Shown here in pieces: positions 1 to 9,983 of a DNA stretch of 54,527 nt. Position numbers and translations under genes: made by a program. Within the stretch, counting starts at the first letter, position 1, and each line of letters opens with the position of its first letter. Origin of the DNA: Candidatus Heimdallarchaeota archaeon (GTDB taxonomy: Archaea > Asgardarchaeota > Heimdallarchaeia > Heimdallarchaeales > Heimdallarchaeaceae); the NCBI GenBank assembly GCA_019057815.1, contig JAHLWR010000023.1, positions 1 to 54,527 of the forward strand, written 5' to 3'. The notes under the pieces are model-generated. The model had not been told where the DNA came from, did not search any database, and was given only the letters and a program-made list of their open reading frames with translations.

Positions 1-720
1 TGAGGGAGGTGCTTGAAAGTGAACAATTAACCCCTCTGCGTCTATTTTAGTTTTTCCCTCTTTTGTGCACTCCGCATCCTGTACATCTGTCCAGAAAACG
101 AAGAGATGATCGCTACCAGATCCTCCACTAACTCCTGTTTCATGCTCCTTTCTTCCTTCTTCGCTTCCGCATTCGTCACAATTTCTGTACCAAAACACTG
201 GAAAAACTGCTCAAGGTATGCAAAACCGAAACGTGTCAACCTATCCCTGTACGTTATTTCTAGTTTACTGATACCTCCCCGCATTATCTTCGTCATCACC
301 TGTACAAGACCTTTTCTCCTACTATTCAGCCCACTGCCAATATCTTTATGAGTAGATACAAGATGTAGTCCCTGCATTTTACAATAGTGTTCAAGAGTCT
401 CTTCCTGTCTGCTGAGGTCATCTTTCTGGTCATGTGAAGATACCCTGGCATAGCTTACTACTCTGGAACACTTTTGTTGTGTTTCTCTCCGTTTTCTCCC
501 CAGAAGCACTCTCCGTATCTCTGCTAACGCGAACCTCCTATGTCCTCCCTGTGTTCTGAACGCTCTTATGCTCCCTCTCTTCTCCCACCTCCGTACTGTT
601 GTCACACATACTCCCATCAGTGCCGCTGTTATAGATATTGGGTATAAGACTTGCATATTTGGACTTTGTACCAGTTTTCCCTGTAAAACTTTTTTGTATG
701 TCTAGATTTTATTACGTTAA
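1..720 (-). mobile_element. IS607-family element, partial (continues past window start; boundary approximate)
   Basis: tnpA present; a possible downstream gene starts at TTG 26 with GAGGGG SD (MFTFKHLP...), where tnpB would be expected. Confidence 0.55.
42..656 (-). CDS. tnpA: IS607-family transposase TnpA (MerR-like HTH + serine recombinase)
   Basis: N-terminal 'AALMGVCVTTVRRWEKRG..RTQGGHRRF' HTH; catalytic 'YARVSSHDQKDDL' and 'DRLTRFGF' motifs typical of IS607 TnpA. Confidence 0.93.
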   Translation of the reverse strand: MQVLYPISITAALMGVCVTTVRRWEKRGSIRAFRTQGGHRRFALAEIRRVLLGRKRRETQQKCSRVVSYARVSSHDQKDDLSRQEETLEHYCKMQGLHLVSTHKDIGSGLNSRRKGLVQVMTKIMRGGISKLEITYRDRLTRFGFAYLEQFFQCFGTEIVTNAEAKKEERSMKQELVEDLVAIISSFSGQMYRMRSAQKREKLK

Positions 721-743
721 ATCAGTTTGAAGGGAATAGTTGG

Positions 744-1022
744 TCACCCCCTACCTGAAATTCTCATTTCATCTATTTCAATTCCTGACCTTTGTATGGC
801 CTTCCTTATCTTTTTTCTCCAAGGAATATCTTTTCTTTTTTCTACTGCTCTTTGGATTATTTCTCTAGCTTTGGGATCTTGTTCATCAGGTCCTGTACTT
901 AGTTTCCATTCTAATAGTTCTATTGCTTGTTCAACAATATTCCCTTGAGTTGTGTCTAATTCAGCAGCTAGTTTTTTGATTTTTTTTCTCAATTCATCAT
1001 CAATAGTTACAGAGGTTGTCAT
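744..1022 (-). CDS. Ribbon-helix-helix (CopG-like) protein, probable antitoxin
   Basis: 'MTTSVTIDDELRKKIKKLAAELDTTQGNIVEQAIELL' fits the RHH beta-helix-helix pattern; small size; inverted repeat ATACATT/AATGTAT upstream. Confidence 0.65.
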   Translation of the reverse strand: MTTSVTIDDELRKKIKKLAAELDTTQGNIVEQAIELLEWKLSTGPDEQDPKAREIIQRAVEKRKDIPWRKKIRKAIQRSGIEIDEMRISGRG

Positions 1023-1181
1023 ACAATCAAGTACACATACATTAATACATTAATAAATGTATACGTGAAAAACAACTTTAGGGAAGTTTTGAATTTTATT
1101 TACAACAATCTTGGATTAAAACAAATAGCGCTAAAGCATATGAATTTATATAGAATAGCAGATATAGAATCTTGATATAAA

Positions 1182-1565
1182 TTGAGTCATGAAGAAATAA
1201 AAAAATTTCGACAAAAAGCAAATGGTTTTCTAGATACAGCTGTATATAACTACAATCAAGGAAGAAATGATATAGCAGCTTTTTGTATTGAACAATCAGT
1301 ACAACTTTTTATAAAAACAAAGCTATTAGAAACTGTAGGAGAATTCCCTAGGACTCACAACATTGTCTTATTACTAAAAGAGCTAGGAGCAGTATTCAAA
1401 AAAGGTAAAATAGAAAAATTCATTCAACAACATATTGGAATTCTTACTAAATTATCTGATGTTTATATCACTTCCAGATACTATACTCGTGATTTTTTCA
1501 AAGAAGAGTTAGATGAGCTTTTAGTCTTTACAGAGAAAATAAAAGAGATGCTAGAGTATGATTAG
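1182..1565 (+). CDS. HEPN domain protein (toxin of HEPN-MNT pair)
   Basis: 'AAFCIEQSVQLFIK...FPRTHNIVLL...YITSRY' pattern of archaeal HEPN proteins; overlaps MNT gene. Confidence 0.85.
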   Translation: MSHEEIKKFRQKANGFLDTAVYNYNQGRNDIAAFCIEQSVQLFIKTKLLETVGEFPRTHNIVLLLKELGAVFKKGKIEKFIQQHIGILTKLSDVYITSRYYTRDFFKEELDELLVFTEKIKEMLEYD

Positions 1566-1887
1566 CGACTATTTCAAGGAAGTAAGAAAGCTGTCCAGAA
1601 TGAAGAAACAATTTTTCAAAAACTATCTTTCTTATGCTAGAAAAATTAAGGAAAAAACTGAGGGAGAAGTGATAATATTCGGTTCAATAGTAGAAGAAAA
1701 GGAAACAATGGTTTCTGATATTGACATGTTAGTAGTTCTAGAAACTCTTAATTTGAAAAAAAGGGAAGAAATAATGCGTAAGATAAATAGCATATTAGGT
1801 TATTATCATCCGTTTGAGATTCATCTAGTAGATAAGGAAGGCAAAAAATGGTATATGAGATTCATTAAAAATTTTGTAATTGTATGA
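1558..1887 (+). CDS. Minimal nucleotidyltransferase (MNT) antitoxin
   Basis: 'IFGSIV....VSDIDMLVV' = GS-x-DxD motif; 'PFEIHLV'; coupled to HEPN. Confidence 0.87.
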   Translation: MISDYFKEVRKLSRMKKQFFKNYLSYARKIKEKTEGEVIIFGSIVEEKETMVSDIDMLVVLETLNLKKREEIMRKINSILGYYHPFEIHLVDKEGKKWYMRFIKNFVIV

Positions 1888-2008
1888 AAACGTTATTTCT
1901 TCTATGTAAAAATATTCGAACAAGGGAATTTGAAGAGAGAGACATTAGAACACTAATAGCTACTAACTATAACACAGATATCTTTTGGAAAAAGAGAAAG
2001 AATAGTAG

Positions 2009-3232
2009 TTACTTGATCCTCTTATCTTTTTTTCGAGAGATAATCATTGTGAGTATCAAGGGAACTACTGCTATTAGTAGAGTAAATGTGAAAAATACTT
2101 GAGTTTCAACTGTAGAATATTCAGCAGGTTCATCAAGAGGGTAAAGATCGACCGAATCAGCAGAACCATCAATAGAATAAGAACCAGTTCCTGACCAATC
2201 AGACCAATAGTTGCCCTCTTTTGTTGCAGAGTCATACCAGAAGTTGTTAGCTTCATCATCTCTTGCTTGAGAAGTTCCTCCTATATTATTGTCTATAAGG
2301 TTATTATGGTGAATACTGTTGTTGTCAGCATAAAAACCTAGACAGATTCCATATTCTTCATTTTCTTGTAGATGATTGTAAGTAATGTCACAAAACTCAG
2401 AATAGGAAATATAGATACCGTTGTAATTAGTGTTGCTGCATATGTTGTTGATGACAGTAGAACTATCAGAAGTACAAAGGGAGATGCCTCTCCAGTTATT
2501 GTTTTCGCACATGTTGTTTGCCGCAGTAGAACCGTCAGAAGAAGAAAGTCTAATGCCTACATTGTTATTGTTGCACGTGTTGTTTGCAACAGTAGAACTG
2601 TCAGAATCCTCAATCAAGATGCCGTACTTGGCATTATTGTTGCACGTGTTGTTTGCAACAGTCGTACTTACAGAATCCTCAATCAAGATACCCCAGAGGT
2701 TATTGCTGCACGTGTTATTGATAACAGTAGAATAATCAGAATCCCGAAGCTCAATGCCACAGACGTTATTGTTGTTGCACGTGTTGTTTGCAATAGTAGA
2801 GTTATAAGAAGAGCAAAGTCCGATGCCGTGGGAGTTGTTATTGCATGTGTTGTTAATGACAGTAGCTGAACCATCAGCTATATAACCGATATAAATGCCA
2901 ACATCTGCTGCGTCAACATAACAGTTACGAATAATGAAATGTCTCGTGGTCCATCTAATATGAATACCACAATTATCTTTTGTTGTAATGTTGTACCCTT
3001 CAATAAGATAAGGATCTTCTTCCGTGCCGGAACCAGGAAAAACCTCAAGATCGTAGTTAACAGTAATGAATATAGAATCATGTGGGGTAAGGGAGGAGTA
3101 AAATACTTGTTTGTAAGAATCAGTTGTAGAATATACACTCACAATAGAGTATATACTTATTCCAATAATTAAAATAGAAACACATAAAAATCTTCTAGAT
3201 GCTACTCTAGATAGTTTTAAGTTCTTTTGCAT
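2009..3232 (-). CDS. Right-handed parallel beta-helix (NosD/CASH-like) surface protein with C-terminal TM anchor
   Basis: Signal peptide, GSGTEEDPYLIEG cap, STVANNTCNNN repeats, GNYWSDW..D.YPL end cap, TM + basic tail. Confidence 0.88.
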   Translation of the reverse strand: MQKNLKLSRVASRRFLCVSILIIGISIYSIVSVYSTTDSYKQVFYSSLTPHDSIFITVNYDLEVFPGSGTEEDPYLIEGYNITTKDNCGIHIRWTTRHFIIRNCYVDAADVGIYIGYIADGSATVINNTCNNNSHGIGLCSSYNSTIANNTCNNNNVCGIELRDSDYSTVINNTCSNNLWGILIEDSVSTTVANNTCNNNAKYGILIEDSDSSTVANNTCNNNNVGIRLSSSDGSTAANNMCENNNWRGISLCTSDSSTVINNICSNTNYNGIYISYSEFCDITYNHLQENEEYGICLGFYADNNSIHHNNLIDNNIGGTSQARDDEANNFWYDSATKEGNYWSDWSGTGSYSIDGSADSVDLYPLDEPAEYSTVETQVFFTFTLLIAVVPLILTMIISRKKDKRIK

Positions 3233-3432
3233 AGTTTAACCTACAAAAATGTCAATTTAATATCTAGAATTTTTAACACTTATATATCTTATCGACTTGA
3301 TTTAAGTAGTAAGTAAAAAAGAAACGAAACCTCTAACTTTAAGAATAATTAGGAGACTATTAAGACTTAAATATTAAAGACTCAGACCAAGTTGTGCATG
3401 TTTAATCTGTTGAGAGATAAAAGTATTTTCGT

Positions 3433-3924
3433 TTATTGCATTTTTCTAGTTATAACTTTTTTATCAATAATGTGTAAGTCTATTGAGAACTCCTTTTCAA
3501 TCTTTTTTTGTATCTCCTTGGTTAATTCCCTTTCTTTCATAAAATATACAGGTAAAGAAAATAATGCACTAACAGCCATTGAATAACAGTCAGCGAGAGC
3601 AATTGGTATTTTACACTTAATATGCGCAGCTAGCTCTTCTGAAGCAGGTAATCGCAAAATGATTAAGTTTTCTGTAAGATCATCAATATATTTCTTTGCA
3701 ATTTTCCATCCATACTTTCTGCATAATATATACAGGAGTTCGGTAAGTGTTAAGGATGTGATATATACAGCTTGATATTCCTTTGATTCCAAAATGTTAC
3801 TTTTCAGAAAAGAAAGTAACTTCAAATCATTTTCATCTTCAGGATCAAGAGACATATATTCTACTAGAATACTTGTATCGACTACAATACCGTTGATTTG
3901 GGTATTTCTAGAGCTGTTATTCAT
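3433..3924 (-). CDS. vapC: PIN-domain toxin (VapC)
   Basis: 'VVDTSILVEY', 'LTELLY', 'LADC' acidic PIN residues; overlaps upstream small gene. Confidence 0.85.
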   Translation of the reverse strand: MNNSSRNTQINGIVVDTSILVEYMSLDPEDENDLKLLSFLKSNILESKEYQAVYITSLTLTELLYILCRKYGWKIAKKYIDDLTENLIILRLPASEELAAHIKCKIPIALADCYSMAVSALFSLPVYFMKERELTKEIQKKIEKEFSIDLHIIDKKVITRKMQ

Positions 3925-4156
3925 TTGCTAGTGATTCCTTTCTCAATTCTTCATAGATTTTTCTTCCATCCTCCCCCAAAAGACCTTGAAATTGATCAAA
4001 GGATCTTTTACCGATTTTATCTAGTTGACAAGAACGTATGAGGAAATCAATTACATCATCGTAAGAAAGAGAACGACCATACAACAATTCAAGGCGGTTT
4101 TTGGCTGTAAACAAAGCTTTTTTTGTTGGTTCTTTTATTTGAATAGTAGTTGACAT
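3917..4156 (-). CDS. vapB: Antitoxin (VapB-like)
   Basis: 'MSTTIQIKEPTKKAL....SYDDVIDFLI' archaeal antitoxin pattern; directly upstream of and overlapping the PIN gene. Confidence 0.75.
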   Translation of the reverse strand: MSTTIQIKEPTKKALFTAKNRLELLYGRSLSYDDVIDFLIRSCQLDKIGKRSFDQFQGLLGEDGRKIYEELRKESLANE

Positions 4157-4229
4157 ATATATACACTATATTTATTATAGTCGTTATAACATATATATAT
4201 TTTGGAAAAAAAGAAAGAATAGTAGTTAC

Positions 4230-5912
4230 TTAAGCTGTTTTTAGTCTTTTTCGAGAGAATAATTTTAGGAGTAGCAAAGGAACTATTACTATTAGTAGAG
4301 AAAATGTGAAAAACATTTTAGTTTCAGATGTAGAAAATTTAACAGGTTCATCAAGAGGGTAAAGATCGACAGAATTAGATAGTCCATCTATAGGATAACT
4401 TCCTTCTCCTATATAATCTGACCAGTAATTACCTTCAGAAGTTTCAGTATCATACCAGAAATTATTAGTACAATCATCATATGCTTGTGAAGTTCCTCCT
4501 AGATTATTGTCTACAAAGTTATTATGATGAACAAGAGTATTATCAGAATCGTATCTTAAGTATAATCCATAACCTCCATTTTCTTGTAGAAGATTGTAAA
4601 TAACAATACAACTACTAGAAAAGTGAAGCAAGATGCCATTGTCGTTATTGCTGCACGTGTTGTTAGCAACAGTCGAACTACTAGAATCTGAAAGATAGAT
4701 GCCTACCCAGCGGTTGTTGCTGCACATGTTGTTAATGACAGCAGAACTCCCTGAAGACCAAAGATAGATGCCCAGTTCGTTATTATTGTTGCACGTGTTG
4801 TTTGCAACAGTCGAACTATCAGAATAGCCAAGCACGATACCTTCCCTGTTATTGTTGTTGCATGTGTTGTTGGTAACAGTAGAACAATTAGAAACCTCAA
4901 GATAGATGCCCCAGTAGTTATTGCTGCACGTGTTGTTGGCAATAGTCGAATTAACAGAAGAGTAAAGAGAGATACCTCCGTTGTTATTGCAGCACATGTT
5001 GTTAATAATAACTGAATGTGTACAGGAGTAAAGACATAGACCAGTTGCAGCGCTATTTAATATTTGGTCACGTACTGTAACATTAGTACAATTGACTAAT
5101 ATCAATTGACCGTAAACTGGTTCAGAAATTATCGTAGAGTCAAGGTTAGTGTAAAAACCAAGTTTCTTACCATTCACCCAATTATTCTCGATTGTATATG
5201 ATATGTAAGCATCGAGGGTATTTTCTATTATCTCTAAACCACAGTTAGCAAAAGTGTTGTTGGCAACAGTCGAACTATCAGAATAAGAAAAAAAGATGTC
5301 GTCACCGCTATTGTTACACGTGTTGTTAATGACATTCGCACTCCCAGAATTGTCAAGCTTGATGCCATGGAAGTGACTTTTGCTACACGTGTTGTTAATG
5401 ACATTCGCACTCCCAGAAGACTGAAAATAGATACCATGTCTATTTTTGCTACACGTGTTGTTTGCCACTGTCGAATTATTAGAATAGTAAAGATAGATGC
5501 CTTTGTTGCCATTGTTGCTACACGTGTTGTTAATGACACTTGCTGTTCCATCAGCTACATTATCGATGTAAATTCCATTCCATACAGCGTCAACATAGCA
5601 GTTACGAACAATAAAATATCTAGTTGTACTATTAATATAAATACCATTGTCATCAGTTGTTGTAATAATACTATATCCCTCAATAACATAAGGTTCCTCA
5701 AAAGTACCTGAACCGGGAAATACCTCAAAACCACTATCAGAAGTAATAGATATTGGATCATGGGGGGTCAACGAGGAGTAAGAGAGTGGATCATAAGAGA
5801 CAGTTGTAGCATTTAATCTCATACTAGAGAATATACTTAGTCCTATAATTAAAATTGAAACACATACAAATCTTCTTATTGAAACTTTAGATTGTTTTAA
5901 TTGCTTTTTCAT
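4230..5912 (-). CDS. Beta-helix (NosD-like) surface protein, TM-anchored
   Basis: Same architecture as 2009..3232 plus an ENNWVNGKKLG/YGQLILVNC insert. Confidence 0.88.
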   Translation of the reverse strand: MKKQLKQSKVSIRRFVCVSILIIGLSIFSSMRLNATTVSYDPLSYSSLTPHDPISITSDSGFEVFPGSGTFEEPYVIEGYSIITTTDDNGIYINSTTRYFIVRNCYVDAVWNGIYIDNVADGTASVINNTCSNNGNKGIYLYYSNNSTVANNTCSKNRHGIYFQSSGSANVINNTCSKSHFHGIKLDNSGSANVINNTCNNSGDDIFFSYSDSSTVANNTFANCGLEIIENTLDAYISYTIENNWVNGKKLGFYTNLDSTIISEPVYGQLILVNCTNVTVRDQILNSAATGLCLYSCTHSVIINNMCCNNNGGISLYSSVNSTIANNTCSNNYWGIYLEVSNCSTVTNNTCNNNNREGIVLGYSDSSTVANNTCNNNNELGIYLWSSGSSAVINNMCSNNRWVGIYLSDSSSSTVANNTCSNNDNGILLHFSSSCIVIYNLLQENGGYGLYLRYDSDNTLVHHNNFVDNNLGGTSQAYDDCTNNFWYDTETSEGNYWSDYIGEGSYPIDGLSNSVDLYPLDEPVKFSTSETKMFFTFSLLIVIVPLLLLKLFSRKRLKTA

Positions 5913-5950
5913 AATTTCACCTAAAAAAATGATATATGCTCAAGAAATAT

Positions 5951-5984
5951 GCTTTAGGAATTTTAAATCTTTCGTCGGGGAAAA
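5951..5984 (-). promoter_or_regulatory. Conserved BRE/TATA promoter of beta-helix paralogues
   Basis: Minus strand CCCGACGAAAGATTTAAAATTCCTAAAGC; near-identical copies at ~9863-9896, 41058-41091, 43131-43165 and a degenerate copy at ~48602-48632, each about 40 nt upstream of a beta-helix start codon. Confidence 0.7.
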
Positions 5985-6095
5985 GACAATCTTTTATCTT
6001 AATTTGCTAAAATTCTCAAATTTGTTATGTTGAATCCCAGTATAAAATCAGGTTAATAATGTTGAAAGACAAGGAAAGAAAAAGGAAGAAGAGAA

Positions 6096-7685
6096 TTATT
6101 TTCTTCTTTTATTTAAAACTATCACTGAGATGAATGAAAGTATACTAATTAAGCTTATGAGAGAGCTTATCTTACCTAATTCAGGTATGACTATTACTGA
6201 GCCTAATGGATATAAATCGAAAGCTCCAGCCGGTCCATCGATAGCATAAGTTCCTGTTCCAGGCCAATTATCCCAATAGTTTCCTTCCTCAAGGGTTTCA
6301 TTGTACCAGAAATTATTTGTTCCCCAATCGCTTCCGTAACTTGACCCACTACTGCAGTTGATGAAATTGTTATGATAAATCACATTATGTTGTGATTCAT
6401 CTATTATCACACCATACCAAACTATATCTTGGAAAAGATTATCAGTGATAGTGAAGTTATTAGAATTCTCTGCTATTCTAATTCCATAATATAAACCGTT
6501 CTGGATATAGTTCCAACTGATATAGCTGAAATTAGATCTCAAACCAGATATACTCAGAGCCATATTTAAGAAAGAATTATTGTATATGTGAATGTTCTCA
6601 CAATTAGAAAAAACAACACCAACAATACTACTATCGAAGAAACACCGACGAATTGTAATATCGTCACAAAATTCTAATTGAACATTAGTATAGATTTCTT
6701 GAGCTAAGTTATCTTGAGAAACAATTTGAACATTTGTGCAATTAACCAGTATGATTTGAGGTCGTTGAGAAGATATTTCCAAATCTACCAAATTTTCTCC
6801 ATAGTAGATATCAACACCATCAATTTTGTTATTCGACTGAATATCTAAAGTTAGAAAGTCTTCTACATTATCATCTATTACACCAAGATCACAAGCATGG
6901 AATTCATTTCCTTCTACTAGAGCATAGTTAGAGTCAGCGATCCCAACACCGCGATAGGTATTATCTGAGCAATTATTATATCCTATATAAGCATCAGTGC
7001 AATTGTCAACAAAAATACCGTTAGTAATACCTCTATCACAAATATTATACTGTATGGTTACATCCCATGAATTCTCAGCTAAGATTCCTGAATCATAGGT
7101 AGAATCGTAAATTTCGTTGAAGAATAGGTCAGCACTGTAACTGTCAACTACATAAATACCTTTACCACAAGTGTAAATACGATTGTTATAAACCAGTGTG
7201 TGACTAGCATTGTTAAGATATATACCAGATGATGGAGATACATTAACTATACAATCCATTACGGTTGCGCTTTCAGTATTTGTAATTCCTATACCATACC
7301 ATCCACTAATAAGTGTACAATTCCTGATTTTGGCTGTACCTGGTGCAACGTTATCTATTAATATGTCATACAGATTTGCTCCAATTGTACAGTTAACAAT
7401 CATAAAATATTTAGTAGTACCGCTAATAGAAATACCTAACTGCGCAAGTGTATCGATATTAAGATCTTGAAACATGTAAGGATCGATTTCAGTACCAGTC
7501 CCTGCAGATGATTCCCATTCAAGATCAACGTCATCTAGAATTATAATTGGATCATCCAAATGATAACTGGGGAAACTAATAGTATCATCAGGTTTTGAGA
7601 GAACGTAATTATTATTTGGGAGTAAAGAGGGAACCATTATCAATAAAGAACACAGAGTTAAGAATGAGATTATACTTCTATTCAA
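6096..7685 (-). CDS. Divergent beta-helix surface protein with PEF-CTERM-like anchor (IPEL)
   Basis: GTGTEIDPY cap, PbH1-type repeats, GNYWDNW, VIVIPEL + TM + KRRK. Confidence 0.85.
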   Translation of the reverse strand: MNRSIISFLTLCSLLIMVPSLLPNNNYVLSKPDDTISFPSYHLDDPIIILDDVDLEWESSAGTGTEIDPYMFQDLNIDTLAQLGISISGTTKYFMIVNCTIGANLYDILIDNVAPGTAKIRNCTLISGWYGIGITNTESATVMDCIVNVSPSSGIYLNNASHTLVYNNRIYTCGKGIYVVDSYSADLFFNEIYDSTYDSGILAENSWDVTIQYNICDRGITNGIFVDNCTDAYIGYNNCSDNTYRGVGIADSNYALVEGNEFHACDLGVIDDNVEDFLTLDIQSNNKIDGVDIYYGENLVDLEISSQRPQIILVNCTNVQIVSQDNLAQEIYTNVQLEFCDDITIRRCFFDSSIVGVVFSNCENIHIYNNSFLNMALSISGLRSNFSYISWNYIQNGLYYGIRIAENSNNFTITDNLFQDIVWYGVIIDESQHNVIYHNNFINCSSGSSYGSDWGTNNFWYNETLEEGNYWDNWPGTGTYAIDGPAGAFDLYPLGSVIVIPELGKISSLISLISILSFISVIVLNKRRK

Positions 7686-7858
7686 TTTAAATCACCTAGT
7701 CATACGATTGACTATTGTTTCTTATAAATGTATATGGTGAGCATTACAAAAAGCTCAATCAAAAGAATTTAGTAAAAAATCTTTTTAATGCTTGTCTTCA
7801 TGCCATAAATTCGGATTAAAAATACTTAAAGAAAAGGAAGAAAAAAAGAAGGAAGAAA

Positions 7859-9824
7859 TTATTTCTTTCTTCGCTGTAGTGCTACTAGACCAAAGCCTAA
7901 GAATAGACAAGTTATCGCAGGGAGTAGAAGCGAGATCATTTGAAACTCTGGTATAACAATAGAAACAGTAAATGAGTAATATAAACCAGAGTTGTCATTG
8001 ATGGCTAAATTGTAGTTAATAGAGTTATCTACAGCACTAATATAGTATTCAATTGTGTCACTAACTGCAAAAGGACCAATAGTTACGCTGTAAAGATCAC
8101 CACCTATAAGCGTCATGTCTATTGTTTGCCATGCTCCTCCGTTGACTCTATAATGTAAAGTAATAGACTGTAATCCAGAATCATCGGTGACAGTAGCATT
8201 AACTGTAACAGTTTCAAGCTCTGTCGGTGAAGAAGGTGAATGAACAACACCAATGATACTTGGACCACTAGTGTCAGAAGAACCTACAAATATGTCATAG
8301 TATTGTCCGCTATTATCCTCTGTGGCTTCATTCTTTAAGATATAGTTATCAATTGCAGTGAAGTAATATTCAATAGTATCACTAATCGAAAAAGGGTCAA
8401 GAATTGCAGAATAAATATCATCGTTTACAAGAGTCATACTAATATTTTGCCATATTCCTCCATTAACTCTGTAATGGAGTGTAACATTGTAAATACCAGA
8501 AGTATCTGTAATAGTAGCATTAACTGTAATTGTATCAATCTCTGTGGGTGAAGAGGGAGAGTGTGCTATGTTTTCAATTGTAGGACTAGTAAAATCAGAA
8601 GAACCTACAAATATGTCATAGTATTGTCCGTTATTATCCTCTATGGCTTCGTTAAAGTTGATAGAATCATCTACAGCACTAATATAGTATTCAATAGTGT
8701 CACTAACCGCAAAAGGACCAGTAATTGCAGAATAAATATTATCGGTTAAAAATGTCATACTAATGGTAAGCCAACTTCCTCCATTGACTCTGTAATGGAG
8801 TGTAACACTTTGAACACCAGATGCATCAGTGACAGTAGCATTGATAGTAATAATATCTAGTTCTGTTGGTGTAGAGGGAGAGTGGATAATATCAGTAATA
8901 ACAGGAGGACCAAGGTATAAAGTAGGTTCATCAAGCGGATAGAGATCTTCTGAACCCGCAGAACCAGCAACAGTATAAGATCCTGTTCCTGACCAATCTG
9001 ACCAATAGTTACCTTCAAGTGTTTCAGTATCATACCAATAGTTGTTAGTACCTCTATCACACGCTTGGGAAGTTCCTAATAGATAGTTTTCTACAAAAGT
9101 ATTATGGTGAATAAGATTATTATCAGAACCGAATCCTAAGTATACTCCATAGGCTCCATTCTCTTGTAGAAGATTGTAAGTAACGACACAAGAATCAGTA
9201 TCGTGAGGATAGATGCCATAGAGGTTATTGTTGCACGTGTTATTTCCCACTGTCGAACTTCCGGAAGAGTAAAGATATACGCCATAGTTGTTATTGTTGC
9301 ACGTGTTGTTTACAACAGTTGAACTACCAGAATACATCAGATCGATACCATCGTTGTTATTGTCGTTGCACGTGTTGTTTCCCACTGTCGAACTTCCAGA
9401 ATTGTAAAGATATATGCCTCTGTCGTTATTGTTGCACGTGTTGTTAATGATAGTAGTTGTTCCATCTGATACTCCATCGATATAAATACCATTATCATCT
9501 GCTTCAATATAGCAGTTACGAACAATGAACTATTTGGTTGTACCTGAGATAGAAATACCTTCATCACTTGTTGTTGTGATATTGTAACCATCAATAAGGT
9601 AAGGATCCTCTGCTGTTCCAGAACCGGGAAAAACGGCAAAACCCACTGTCAGAAGTAATGGATATAGGGTCATGAGGGATAAGAGAGGAGTAAGAGGGTG
9701 AGTCATATGAGACAGTTGTAGAACTTACTCTCACACTAGAGAACATACTTATTCCAATAATTAAAATTGAAACACATAAAAATCTTCTAATTGAAACTTT
9801 AGATTGTTTTGAGCGCTTTTTCAT
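7859..9824 (-). pseudogene. Disrupted beta-helix + 3x Ig-like surface protein gene with PEF-CTERM-like anchor
   Basis: ORFs 9591..9824 and 7859..9385 join into one paralogue if one extra base at 9638-9644 is removed (cf. DSGFAVFPGSG in 41212 gene) and TAG at 9530-9532 is read as the TAT of TTKYF. Confidence 0.8.
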
Positions 9825-9983
9825 TATTTCACCTAAAATATTATAGATTCGAATAATACTATGCTTTATGAAATTTAAATCTTTCGTCGGGAAAAAGGAA
9901 CCCTAAAAAATGGCAACTTCAAAGTGATTAAAACTTCAATAATATTATTTCTCAGATTCGTATTAAATAAAAGGTGATTTTAG

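Noticed and set aside
6020-6045. Possible fourth solo repeat (TTGAATCCCAGTATA) upstream of 4230..5912
   Set aside because: Too degenerate; lacks GAGAATTGAAAT and most of the conserved flank
9530-9532. Amber read-through (pyrrolysine) at in-frame TAG codons
   Set aside because: The same gene also has a frameshift, TAG is used as a normal stop elsewhere, and no pyl genes are seen
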